The position numbers were made by a program, and so were the translations under genes. Source: Vulcanimicrobiota bacterium (GTDB lineage: Bacteria > Vulcanimicrobiota > Xenobia > Xenobiales > JADMJV01). Taken from it: a stretch of DNA of 64,000 nucleotides. Shown here piece after piece: positions 56,259 through 64,000 of the stretch. The notes beneath the pieces are model-generated. The model was not told the DNA's origin and made no database searches. It worked only from the letters and a program-made list of their open reading frames with translations. The stretch covers positions 288,001 to 352,000 of the forward strand of contig JBFWNU010000007.1 of the NCBI GenBank assembly GCA_050250895.1, written 5' to 3'. The first letter of the stretch is position 1. Each line of letters starts with the position of its first letter.

Positions 56259-57464
56259 GTGAGCGAAGATCGTGTCTTAGAGATAGGAGATCTGCTGCAG
56301 TCGCTGGCCAGCGAAGGTCGGGTCGATTCGACCGGCGGCTTTTCGCTCGATCCCAAGAAGGCCCTCGAGAAGCTTCAGGAGCGACGCTTCGAGAATCCGT
56401 TTTTCTACGTGCTCAAGCTGGTTCAGTCGGCGGTGAGCGGCGGAGCCCGTCGGGTCGACATCGAGGCCAACAGCCAGGCGGTCAAGTTGAGGTACGACGG
56501 CTGCGGGCTCGAGGCCGACTCGATGATGGAGTTGTTCGGCTTTCTCCTCGACGAGACGGGGCGCCGCGAAATTCGGCATTTGAAGCATCTGGCCGCGGGG
56601 GTGCACGGCTCTCTGGCGGTCAGTCCGCGTCGCCTCGAAGTCGAGTCGTGGGATGGCGAGCAGGGATTTCGCCACAAGTGGTCGGCCGGCGGTTGGCGAA
56701 ACGAGACGTTTTCGAGCAAAGGTGAACCGGCCATCGCGTTTCACCTCAGTCGTCAGGTCGGTCAGGTCCTGGCGGGCTGGCGTTCCATCGCGAATTCGGA
56801 TATCTGGGACCTGCTCCAGCGCAATCGTTCCACCATGGAGCGCGAACAGGCGGTGGTCTTCGACCGCTGTGTCTACGCTCCGGTGAGCCTTAGTCTCAAT
56901 GGACGTCCCCTCGAGGCGGCCGGCTTCGGGCAACCGCGCTTTCCCGGCTACGAGATCCACGAGGACGCAAATCCGCGCGAATCCCGAGCGCCCTGGTTTG
57001 TGCAGGTGCGCAATCGCGAAGCCTATGTCGAGGGTGCCGTGCACTGCAGTCATCACCTGATCGAGACCTATCTGCCCGTCGAAGACGGCAGCCTGGCCAG
57101 CCTGGCCAGGCCGGCCCAAAGCCATGCCACTGTTTGTCTGGATCAAGTTGGAGGGTCGGGCCAGCGCTGCCGGGCCTGGCTGGCCCTCGAGTCGGCCCTG
57201 AGGCCGCGTTCGAGAATCACCTATGTCGAGGACGGCGTGCTCATCAACCAGTTGAGCCCTGAACTGAATTGTCCCGGGGTGGTGGGGGTCATCTCTTGCG
57301 AGCACCTCACCAAGGACGTGTCCGGGTTCAAGCTGGTTGAAAATCAGGCTTTCGAAGAGCACCTCGAGTTGCTCCGGGCCGAGGCGCAAAAGTTGCGCCA
57401 GGCTCTGCTCGAGAATCTGCACCGCGTGCCGATCAGCGACTATGTTCGCCAGAGGTTGCAATGA
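56259..57464 (+). CDS. Uncharacterised degenerate GHKL-like family protein (paralog 3 of 4)
   Basis: DSTGGFSLD..KALEKL....FENP.FYVLKLVQSAV.GGA..V.I....YDG; RCVYAPV.L.LNG; DGV..PGVVGV...LTKDVS. Confidence 0.7.
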   Translation: MSEDRVLEIGDLLQSLASEGRVDSTGGFSLDPKKALEKLQERRFENPFFYVLKLVQSAVSGGARRVDIEANSQAVKLRYDGCGLEADSMMELFGFLLDETGRREIRHLKHLAAGVHGSLAVSPRRLEVESWDGEQGFRHKWSAGGWRNETFSSKGEPAIAFHLSRQVGQVLAGWRSIANSDIWDLLQRNRSTMEREQAVVFDRCVYAPVSLSLNGRPLEAAGFGQPRFPGYEIHEDANPRESRAPWFVQVRNREAYVEGAVHCSHHLIETYLPVEDGSLASLARPAQSHATVCLDQVGGSGQRCRAWLALESALRPRSRITYVEDGVLINQLSPELNCPGVVGVISCEHLTKDVSGFKLVENQAFEEHLELLRAEAQKLRQALLENLHRVPISDYVRQRLQ

Positions 57465-58015
57465 ACTTCGCCAGTTGGTGTGCTGCCGATCGCGACGGCC
57501 TGCTCTCGCAGGTGAACCGGCTGCAAAAGGCCTGGCTCGACAGCCCCGCCCTGGCCCTGGACTCGGTGCTCGAGGGGCTGGGGCTAGCGCCTGACCAACT
57601 GGTGGAGGAGCACTTGCGCCACCCTGACCAGCTGGGTCTGCCCGAGCTTTATGCCCGCCACACCAGGCTGGCCCTCGAGCTGGCCCGACAGCGCTGCCCC
57701 CAACACGACGCTCGTCACCAGTGGTCTTATGCGGCCATCTTTTGTATGCCCGAGCCGGCCCTGGTCCAGGCTCCCGATTTTCTCTGGTTGCTCGAGCCCA
57801 ATACCAGCCACGCTTTGCTGACGCAGCGGGTGGCGGGGGTGGCCAGGCGCTTTCTGGTGGAAGACCGACTGGCGCTGGCCCGTCTGGTGACAGCTCAGGT
57901 GATCGGCTTGCGGGGGTCCAGACTGGTGGCTACGGGCCAGACACCCCGTCTGGAGTCAGGCAATCAGCCGGGGCGCTATCGCAGTCGCAGCGCCGATCCT
58001 TTCGGCCTACGCTAG
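57461..58015 (+). CDS. Hypothetical protein
   Basis: ATGA overlap with the upstream stop; ends at the convergent gdh stop. Confidence 0.55.
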   Translation: MNFASWCAADRDGLLSQVNRLQKAWLDSPALALDSVLEGLGLAPDQLVEEHLRHPDQLGLPELYARHTRLALELARQRCPQHDARHQWSYAAIFCMPEPALVQAPDFLWLLEPNTSHALLTQRVAGVARRFLVEDRLALARLVTAQVIGLRGSRLVATGQTPRLESGNQPGRYRSRSADPFGLR

Positions 58016-59250
58016 GTCATCCAGCGCAGCCGCGAAGCTTCGAGCACACGACCGACGGCCAGCACAAAGGCGGCCCGACGCAAGGAAATCTCATGCTGGG
58101 TGGCCGTCTGGCGCACGTCAGCATAGGCCTGAGTCAGAATTTGTTCGAGTCGCTGGTTGACCTGTTCGTGACTCCAGTAGTATTGCTGGCGATTCTGGAC
58201 CCACTCGAAATAGCTCACGGTCACGCCGCCGGCATTGGCCAGGATATCGGGCACCACCTCGATACCGCGGCGGGCCAGGACTTTGTCGCCTTCCGGAGTG
58301 GTAGGGGCGTTGGCGCCTTCCACTACCACCCTGGCCTGCAATTGCTCGCCGGTGTTCTCGTCGAGGACGCCTCCGATGGCGGCCGGCACGAAGAGTTCGC
58401 ATTCGACCGAGAAGAGTTGCTGGTGGCTCAGTGCCTCTGAATCGGCAAATCCCTTGACGGTCCCGGCCGTGCCCACGTGTTGGTCCAGCTTTTCCAGATC
58501 GAGGCCGTCGGGGTTGGCCACGCCGCCGTTGACGTCGCTCACCGCCACCACCTGCATGCCCTGGCCGGCCAACAGACGGGCCGCATGGCTGCCGACATTG
58601 CCATATCCCTGGACCACGACCCGGGCTCCGGAGATGCTCAAACCGAGGTCCTGACAGATGGCTCGGCCGACCAGCATGATTCCGCGTCCGGTGGCTTCTT
58701 CGCGCCCCAGGCTGCCGCCCAGGCCCACTGGTTTACCGGTGACTACGCCTGGACTGTAGCCATGTCTTTTGCTGTATTGATCCATGAACCAGGCCATCAC
58801 CTGGGCGTTGGTGTTCATGTCGGGCGCTGGAATATCACGGTCAGGTCCGATGATCGGATCGATCCGGTCGACCAGTTCGCGGGTGAGCCGCTCGATCTCG
58901 GTCTTCGACATTCTGGTGGGATCACAGGCGATGCCGCCTTTGGCGCCGCCGTAGGGGATATTGGCCACCGCTGTTTTCCAGGTCATCAGCGAGGCCAGCG
59001 CCTTGACATGGTCGTTGTCGACGCTGGGGTGGTAGCGCAAGCCACCCTTGCAGGGTCCGCGCGTGTCATCGTGCTGAATGCGAAAGCCGATGAAGGACTC
59101 CCAGTGGCCGTTGTCTCGGCGCAACGGAATCTCGACCTTCATCTCACGGAAGGGGGTTTCCAGGGTGAGGCGTTGGTCATGGCTCAGACCCAACGTGTCG
59201 GCGGCTTGAGAGAAATAGAAGTTGACTTGTTCGAAGGTTGACATGGACAT
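58012..59250 (-). CDS. gdhA: Glu/Leu/Phe/Val dehydrogenase (glutamate dehydrogenase)
   Basis: GPCKGGLRY, GGAKGG, PAPD, QGYGNVG and EGAN..ANAGGV.VSYFEW motifs. Confidence 0.93.
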   Translation of the reverse strand: MSMSTFEQVNFYFSQAADTLGLSHDQRLTLETPFREMKVEIPLRRDNGHWESFIGFRIQHDDTRGPCKGGLRYHPSVDNDHVKALASLMTWKTAVANIPYGGAKGGIACDPTRMSKTEIERLTRELVDRIDPIIGPDRDIPAPDMNTNAQVMAWFMDQYSKRHGYSPGVVTGKPVGLGGSLGREEATGRGIMLVGRAICQDLGLSISGARVVVQGYGNVGSHAARLLAGQGMQVVAVSDVNGGVANPDGLDLEKLDQHVGTAGTVKGFADSEALSHQQLFSVECELFVPAAIGGVLDENTGEQLQARVVVEGANAPTTPEGDKVLARRGIEVVPDILANAGGVTVSYFEWVQNRQQYYWSHEQVNQRLEQILTQAYADVRQTATQHEISLRRAAFVLAVGRVLEASRLRWMT

Positions 59251-59294
59251 GGTGGCCGCCTTCGGGATCTGCTCGGGTTGGCCTTTGGGACCGC

Positions 59295-60209
59295 CTACAG
59301 GTTGTTGGTGGTCGAGAACAGCTCGATCGCTTCCAGTTGGCCCCGCCGCAAAATGAGCTTCATTCCAGGCAGCTTCCAATGTTCGATGCCGGACTCGGTG
59401 CTCACCCCCAGGCGTCCCTCGGGATAAGTTCGCTTGACTTCGTCGAGGGAGTCGCCCAGCCGCAACTTGCGGTCGGTCATCACGTTCACTTTACGCAGCA
59501 GCACGCTGCCGATGTTAGTGGCTCGTCGCCCATCGTGCAGGCGCACTTCGATGAGGCGGCCCTCGCCCCCGGCCCAGCGCGCGAACCCGCTCGAGGGGGT
59601 CCCGCCGGCGTTCTGACGGGCGGTGGGCGGGCCGAGCAACTCGAGAGCCTCGGGCGAGAGCGGTTTGCCCAGCTCGAGCGGACCGCAACCGCGCCCCGGC
59701 GAGGCGGTCAACGGCGCAAATCTCCAGCTCTCGCGCTCGAGAGGCAACACCTGCATCTCGGCCACTTTGCCTTTTTCGACCGTGAATATCAATCCGGGAA
59801 TGCGCCAATCGGAGCCATCCTGCTGGGCCTCGGGATATTTTTGCCGGATCAGGATGGCCGGGGCGCCCAGATAGACGCCCCGCTCGGTCGAGGCTCGGAT
59901 GGCGCGGACCCGAATCGATTCGACGAGCTTGGGATCGGCGTCGCGACCGAGATGGACGAGCAGACCTCTCTGATAGCTTTGCGACCCTTGCTCGCCCCAC
60001 ATGATGACCCCGCTTCCGTCCTGGCCCTGGGTAGCCGGAATCTCTTCGGCGGTCAAACCCAGGAATTTTAGCGTGGCCTCGGGCACGGGTTGGCCGAGGG
60101 TGACCGAGCCCACCGACTGACCCGGCGTCACGGTCAACCGCAGCTTCTCCCAATCCTGGGCCTGGGCCGTGGCCACCAGGCTCAGCAGCAGGAGCAGCAG
60201 GTATCTCAA
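59295..60209 (-). CDS. Exported protein with two tandem ~140-aa homologous domains
   Basis: Signal peptide ending ATAQA; LT..PG...G...LG.P...L..LG and T.R...LG......YP...W..PG repeated twice; TTG overlaps the upstream stop. Confidence 0.7.
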   Translation of the reverse strand: MRYLLLLLLSLVATAQAQDWEKLRLTVTPGQSVGSVTLGQPVPEATLKFLGLTAEEIPATQGQDGSGVIMWGEQGSQSYQRGLLVHLGRDADPKLVESIRVRAIRASTERGVYLGAPAILIRQKYPEAQQDGSDWRIPGLIFTVEKGKVAEMQVLPLERESWRFAPLTASPGRGCGPLELGKPLSPEALELLGPPTARQNAGGTPSSGFARWAGGEGRLIEVRLHDGRRATNIGSVLLRKVNVMTDRKLRLGDSLDEVKRTYPEGRLGVSTESGIEHWKLPGMKLILRRGQLEAIELFSTTNNL

Positions 60210-60568
60210 GGGGCGGCGGTCTCGATCTTGAGGGCTACAGGGGGGCGTCCGGGAGCATAGACGACGCGCACATGCGAACCTACCGCCGGGGCCGTGAGCT
60301 GGCCCAGCAGAAACGGTTGATTTACCTGTTGGGTCTTGATATAGAAGCGGTCGTAGCTGGTGGCGCTGACCTCGCCGATGACAATCTTGCCCTGGGCCAG
60401 CAGCGCGCCATCGTTCTGGGACTCTTCCACCGTATAGACCGGCTTCATACGGTAGGGCTCGATGACGCCCTTCTTGATGAGATAGATGTGAAGGCCGGCG
60501 CTCAGCACGCAGATCATGCAAAAGCCGATGGCCATGCGCTTGAAGTTTTCGCGGTCAGCTCTGTTCAT
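60206..60568 (-). CDS. Membrane-anchored hypothetical protein
   Basis: One TM helix followed by a small beta domain; coupled to its neighbours. Confidence 0.6.
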   Translation of the reverse strand: MNRADRENFKRMAIGFCMICVLSAGLHIYLIKKGVIEPYRMKPVYTVEESQNDGALLAQGKIVIGEVSATSYDRFYIKTQQVNQPFLLGQLTAPAVGSHVRVVYAPGRPPVALKIETAAP

Positions 60569-61655
60569 TGAATTCTACTTTCCCGGATGCCGCGCGCTTC
60601 ATACCCAATTGAGTCAAGAAGCTTTCCAGGGCATAAGCACACAGACGGCTCGATGGTCCGCCCGGGACCAGGTCACCGCCGTGGTTCATCCACGGTAGTT
60701 CAACCTGCAGGTAGGGTGTGGGTTGCTGGGCCAATCGGGCCGCCAGCCTATCGGCGTTGGCCGGCCAAACCAAATCGTCGCGTAGGCCGTGCACGATCAG
60801 GGTGGGAGGGGTGTCGGGCCCAGCCAGATAGACCGGAGAGGCTGCCTGGTAGCGCTCGGGCTTGAGTCCCGGCGGCCCCCCCATATAGTTGCTGATCACC
60901 GTTCTCGAGTCATAGGCAGCTGGATTGCTGGGGTGGTCATAGTCCCAGAGCAGGTCGGTAGGGGCGTAGATCGCCATGACCCCCGCCACCAGGGTAGGGT
61001 TTCGATAGGCGGCGCACAGAGCCAGATGCCCACCCGCCGAGCGCCCGACCAGCACCACCGGCCGCTCTTTGGCTAGCTCGCGAAGCAGTCTTTCTACGTC
61101 TTCGAGGCCGGCCGGGTGGGGGTGGGCCGGGGCCAACCGATAGTCGACGGCCACCACCTTCCAGCCCTGGGAGGCCAGGTAGGCGTCCAGGCGTTTGCTT
61201 TCACGTCGGGTCCCCCCCCGCCAACCGCCGGAATGCACCTCCAGGACCGTCACCGGCTGGGGAGGTGTAGGAGGCAGATAAGTGGTGGTGTTGTCGCGGT
61301 CGATGATCTGGCAGTCGGGTGCCCAGGGCAGGCCGCGGAGCGGGTGACGCACCGCGGGGTTGCCTCCGAAAGCCTGCTGCAAACGGGCCGGAAGCTGGTT
61401 GGCCACCAGCAGTGCCGCGCCCCAGGGCCAGAGCGCCAGAACCATGATCAAGAGCGCCAAGATTCGCGTGGGCACGAGACTGCGCCCCACTAAAAGAGGA
61501 ATCGCGGCCACTGCAACATAAAAGCCTAGCTCAGGTGCGCCCACCGTGGCGTACCACAGGTAGGGAATTGGGCATCCGATCCAGGTGAAGCCAGCTAGTG
61601 CCAAGAGAATGACTCCGATAACCAATTTGGCTTTCTCTCTGCCAGACAGTTCCAC
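60555..61655 (-). CDS. Membrane-anchored alpha/beta hydrolase (esterase)
   Basis: HSGGW, VDYRLAP, GRSAGG, HGLRD.LV and catalytic His; N-terminal TM helices. Confidence 0.85.
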   Translation of the reverse strand: MELSGREKAKLVIGVILLALAGFTWIGCPIPYLWYATVGAPELGFYVAVAAIPLLVGRSLVPTRILALLIMVLALWPWGAALLVANQLPARLQQAFGGNPAVRHPLRGLPWAPDCQIIDRDNTTTYLPPTPPQPVTVLEVHSGGWRGGTRRESKRLDAYLASQGWKVVAVDYRLAPAHPHPAGLEDVERLLRELAKERPVVLVGRSAGGHLALCAAYRNPTLVAGVMAIYAPTDLLWDYDHPSNPAAYDSRTVISNYMGGPPGLKPERYQAASPVYLAGPDTPPTLIVHGLRDDLVWPANADRLAARLAQQPTPYLQVELPWMNHGGDLVPGGPSSRLCAYALESFLTQLGMKRAASGKVEFNEQS

Positions 61656-61740
61656 TGGCGCGGGCTTCAAGCCGCTCAGGTTTGAATCCCTTCGGGCCGT
61701 GGAACAAAAACCGTTATAGAAAATTGCGAAAGGTCGCACC

Positions 61741-62874
61741 ATGAAAGTCATCCACGAAGAGAATCAATACGGCCTGCGGCGTGGCGCGGTCGAGTTCCCG
61801 ATGATGCTGGTGATCTCCACCGTTTACCCCTGCAACTTCGGTTGCCCCATGTGCCCCTATACTGATGGAAACTCCGAGATTCGAAGTTTCTACCGCGAAC
61901 GTGGCGGCGACCGTTTTCCGGTGGAATTATGGAATCGCATCGCCGAAGAGGCCGGCCCCTATGGCGCCTGGCTGCGTTGCACCGGGGGCGGTGAACCGAT
62001 GCTCCACCCCAAGATGACCGAGATGATCGAGTTCGCCAAAGAGAAAGGGGCTCGCGTCTGGCTTAACACCAACGGCAGCCTGTTTGGTCCGTTGCCCAAA
62101 TATCGGGCTCGTCTCGAGCGCTTGATCAAAGCCGGAATCGATTTGATCGAGTTTTCCATGGATGCTGGCGAGCCCGACACTTACGCTCAGGTTCGTCCGC
62201 CTCGGGGCGGGCCGCCGCGCGATGCCCAGAAGTGGTTCGATAACCACGTCAGCAACATTCGGGCGGCCCTCGAACTGCGCAAGCAGTACAAGTCGCCCAC
62301 TCGGGTGGTGGTCTCGATGATCCGGCAGGACATCATCGAAGGCAAGCTCGATGAATACATCAAGTTTTATCTCGAAGATGTCGGTGTAGACGATGTCATT
62401 ACTCGCAAGTTCCTCAGTTGGGACGACAACACCAACATCGACCTCGGCCATGCCATGGACAAACATCTCTACGCCGAGCTGCCCACCGCGAAGAAAGAAC
62501 CTTGCGTGTGGCCCTTCGAGCGCATGAATGTCGATACGCTCGGTCGAGTCGCACTCTGTGGCCAGGACGTTTCTTTTCGCACCGCCGACAAGTTTCCCAA
62601 CCTCTGGGACCACTCCGTCAAGGACGTGTGGCAGGGCGAGATGTTCAACTGGTATCGCCAGATGCATCTCGAAGGCCGAGGTGCCGAAGCCTGGCCATGT
62701 CGCAACTGTTCGGCCTGGTTCGCGGGCGTGCGCGACTGGGAACACGGCTGGCTGAAGGTGCTCAAGACCTCGGGCGATCGGATGAAACAGGTGCTCGGCG
62801 AGGACCTGGGGGCCGAAGTCGAGATTTATCAGCCCGACAATGACGCCCAAATTGTAACAAGCTCTGACAGCTGA
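61741..62874 (+). CDS. Radical SAM protein with SPASM/twitch domain
   Basis: CNFGCPMC, GGGEP and NTNG motifs; C-terminal CVWP...LC..D...W..CRNC. Confidence 0.88.
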   Translation: MKVIHEENQYGLRRGAVEFPMMLVISTVYPCNFGCPMCPYTDGNSEIRSFYRERGGDRFPVELWNRIAEEAGPYGAWLRCTGGGEPMLHPKMTEMIEFAKEKGARVWLNTNGSLFGPLPKYRARLERLIKAGIDLIEFSMDAGEPDTYAQVRPPRGGPPRDAQKWFDNHVSNIRAALELRKQYKSPTRVVVSMIRQDIIEGKLDEYIKFYLEDVGVDDVITRKFLSWDDNTNIDLGHAMDKHLYAELPTAKKEPCVWPFERMNVDTLGRVALCGQDVSFRTADKFPNLWDHSVKDVWQGEMFNWYRQMHLEGRGAEAWPCRNCSAWFAGVRDWEHGWLKVLKTSGDRMKQVLGEDLGAEVEIYQPDNDAQIVTSSDS

Positions 62875-62908
62875 GGGAGAAAGCTGGCCCTTCGCGAAAT
62901 GATTCGCG

Positions 62909-64000
62909 ATGGATTCGGGCCTAGACCATCTCCTGCGCGAACTCACCGACGCCGGAACCGTGGATTCGGGCGGCGTGTTCACTATCGATCTGACCGAAGC
63001 GCTGGCCAAGATGCGGCGCTATCAGCTCGAGGGTCGTAACGCCTACTTGCAGGCACTGGTAGCTGCTGCCGTCCTGGGGAGAGCTTCCCGTTTCAGCCTT
63101 GAGCAGACGGGTAGCTCGCTGGTGATTTCTTTTGACGGTGATACCATCCCCGGCAGCCAGCTACAAACCGTTTTCAGCTATCTGCTCATCTCGGAGCCGG
63201 TCTCACGCATGCGAGAACTGGCGGTGGCTCTCAACAGCTTGCTGGGGGGTGAATACGAAAGGCTGCTGGTGCAGGCCTGGGCCGGTCTGGAGGGGGCTCA
63301 ACTCGAGGTCGAGGGCTCCGAGATTCGGGCCCACAAGCTAACGGCGTGTCCCTGGTCGCCGGAAGAGAGCATCAACCGCATCACCCTGGTCCGTCGCCGC
63401 ACCCTGGGCGGGATGCTCAAGCCGCTGGCCACAGAACGCGAGTTTCTAGCCGGCAAATGCTCGCTGGCACCACTGGAGCTCACTACCGGGGGCGCACCCG
63501 TCCCCAGGGCCGCGCTTTTTCCCAATAACTGTTTGGCCCTGGCCGGGTTGGTGAACCGCGATTTTCCGCTGGGCCTGGAGTTGCCCAAAGTAGTGGCTCG
63601 CTCGGCCGGTCCTTCCCCCGGCGACTTTACTGCGTTGATCGCCCTCACCTCGAAGTTGACACCGCAGGCCCAGATGCACTTCGTGGTCTCGGGGGTGACT
63701 TTTGAACGGGTCGTGGGTTTCGACTTGCCCGGGGTGGTGGCCGTCATCGCCACGGATCGGCTCGAAAAGAACTTCAGTCAGACCGACCTGGTATCGGGCA
63801 CCGAGTTTCATCGCATGATCAGCCAGCTCGGATTTGAAGGCATCAAGCTGACGGCCGTGCTGGCCCAGAAGTTCAATCAGCTCTCGGCCGCCGAGCAGAC
63901 CCCTGCCACCAAGCTGATCCTCAAAGCCATGGCGGCCGCCCTGACGGCCGACAGCTGGGGACCGGGCTTTCCCACCGAACTGGCTGGGCTGGTCGATGCT
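62909..64000 (+). CDS. Uncharacterised degenerate GHKL-like family protein (paralog 4 of 4), runs off the window end
   Basis: Manual translation: MDSGLDHLLRELTDAGTVDSGGVFTIDLTEALAKMRRYQLEGRNAYLQALVAAAVLG...FDG...KCSLAPLEL...SGV...LPGVVAVI..RLEKNFS. Absent from the ORF track because it has no stop in the window. Confidence 0.7.
   Translation, partial: MDSGLDHLLRELTDAGTVDSGGVFTIDLTEALAKMRRYQLEGRNAYLQALVAAAVLGRASRFSLEQTGSSLVISFDGDTIPGSQLQTVFSYLLISEPVSRMRELAVALNSLLGGEYERLLVQAWAGLEGAQLEVEGSEIRAHKLTACPWSPEESINRITLVRRRTLGGMLKPLATEREFLAGKCSLAPLELTTGGAPVPRAALFPNNCLALAGLVNRDFPLGLELPKVVARSAGPSPGDFTALIALTSKLTPQAQMHFVVSGVTFERVVGFDLPGVVAVIATDRLEKNFSQTDLVSGTEFHRMISQLGFEGIKLTAVLAQKFNQLSAAEQTPATKLILKAMAAALTADSWGPGFPTELAGLVDA

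Noticed and set aside
54766-57461. 410-aa (+) and 394-aa (-) ORFs
   Set aside because: Antisense shadows of the cyclase and GHKL-like genes.
1-64000. Prophage, IS element, tRNA or rRNA
   Set aside because: No integrase, transposase or phage structural motifs and no recognisable stable-RNA sequence by eye; a tRNAscan/Rfam run would be needed to exclude them fully.

Overview
GC-rich, gene-dense bacterial chromosomal window with about 60 CDSs. I saw no rRNA, tRNA, CRISPR array, integrase or transposase. The style of the hypothetical proteins is reminiscent of Eremiobacterota/Vulcanimicrobiota-type genomes; this is an unverified impression. Recognisable housekeeping and envelope genes: a UbiD-family decarboxylase (5'-truncated), alpha-2-macroglobulin plus PBP1C, trmK, an acyl-CoA dehydrogenase, lepB, a SMUG1-type uracil-DNA glycosylase, CarD, a TonB-like protein, two CPA antiporters, two PilT ATPases, dcd, an HD dNTPase, Ku, LigD, aat, an FHA-FHA-cyclase, a Glu dehydrogenase and a radical SAM/SPASM protein. 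Most notable observations: (1) four dispersed paralogs of an unnamed ~380-420 aa family that looks like a GHKL (Hsp90/MutL-like) ATPase with the catalytic residues replaced, one of them missed by the ORF track; (2) a MerR-HTH+TPR gene tightly embedded between ku and ligD; (3) a PII-like/double-PilZ fusion heading a two-gene cation:proton antiporter operon; (4) a lone, degenerate PtuA/AAA_21-like ATPase fused to a duplicated domain through a charged single helix; (5) a promoter, strong SD and 42-aa Cys-rich uORF in front of a degenerate FNR-like gene; (6) a novel-looking DGPxWND repeat protein. All family assignments come from motif recognition by eye; no searches were run.
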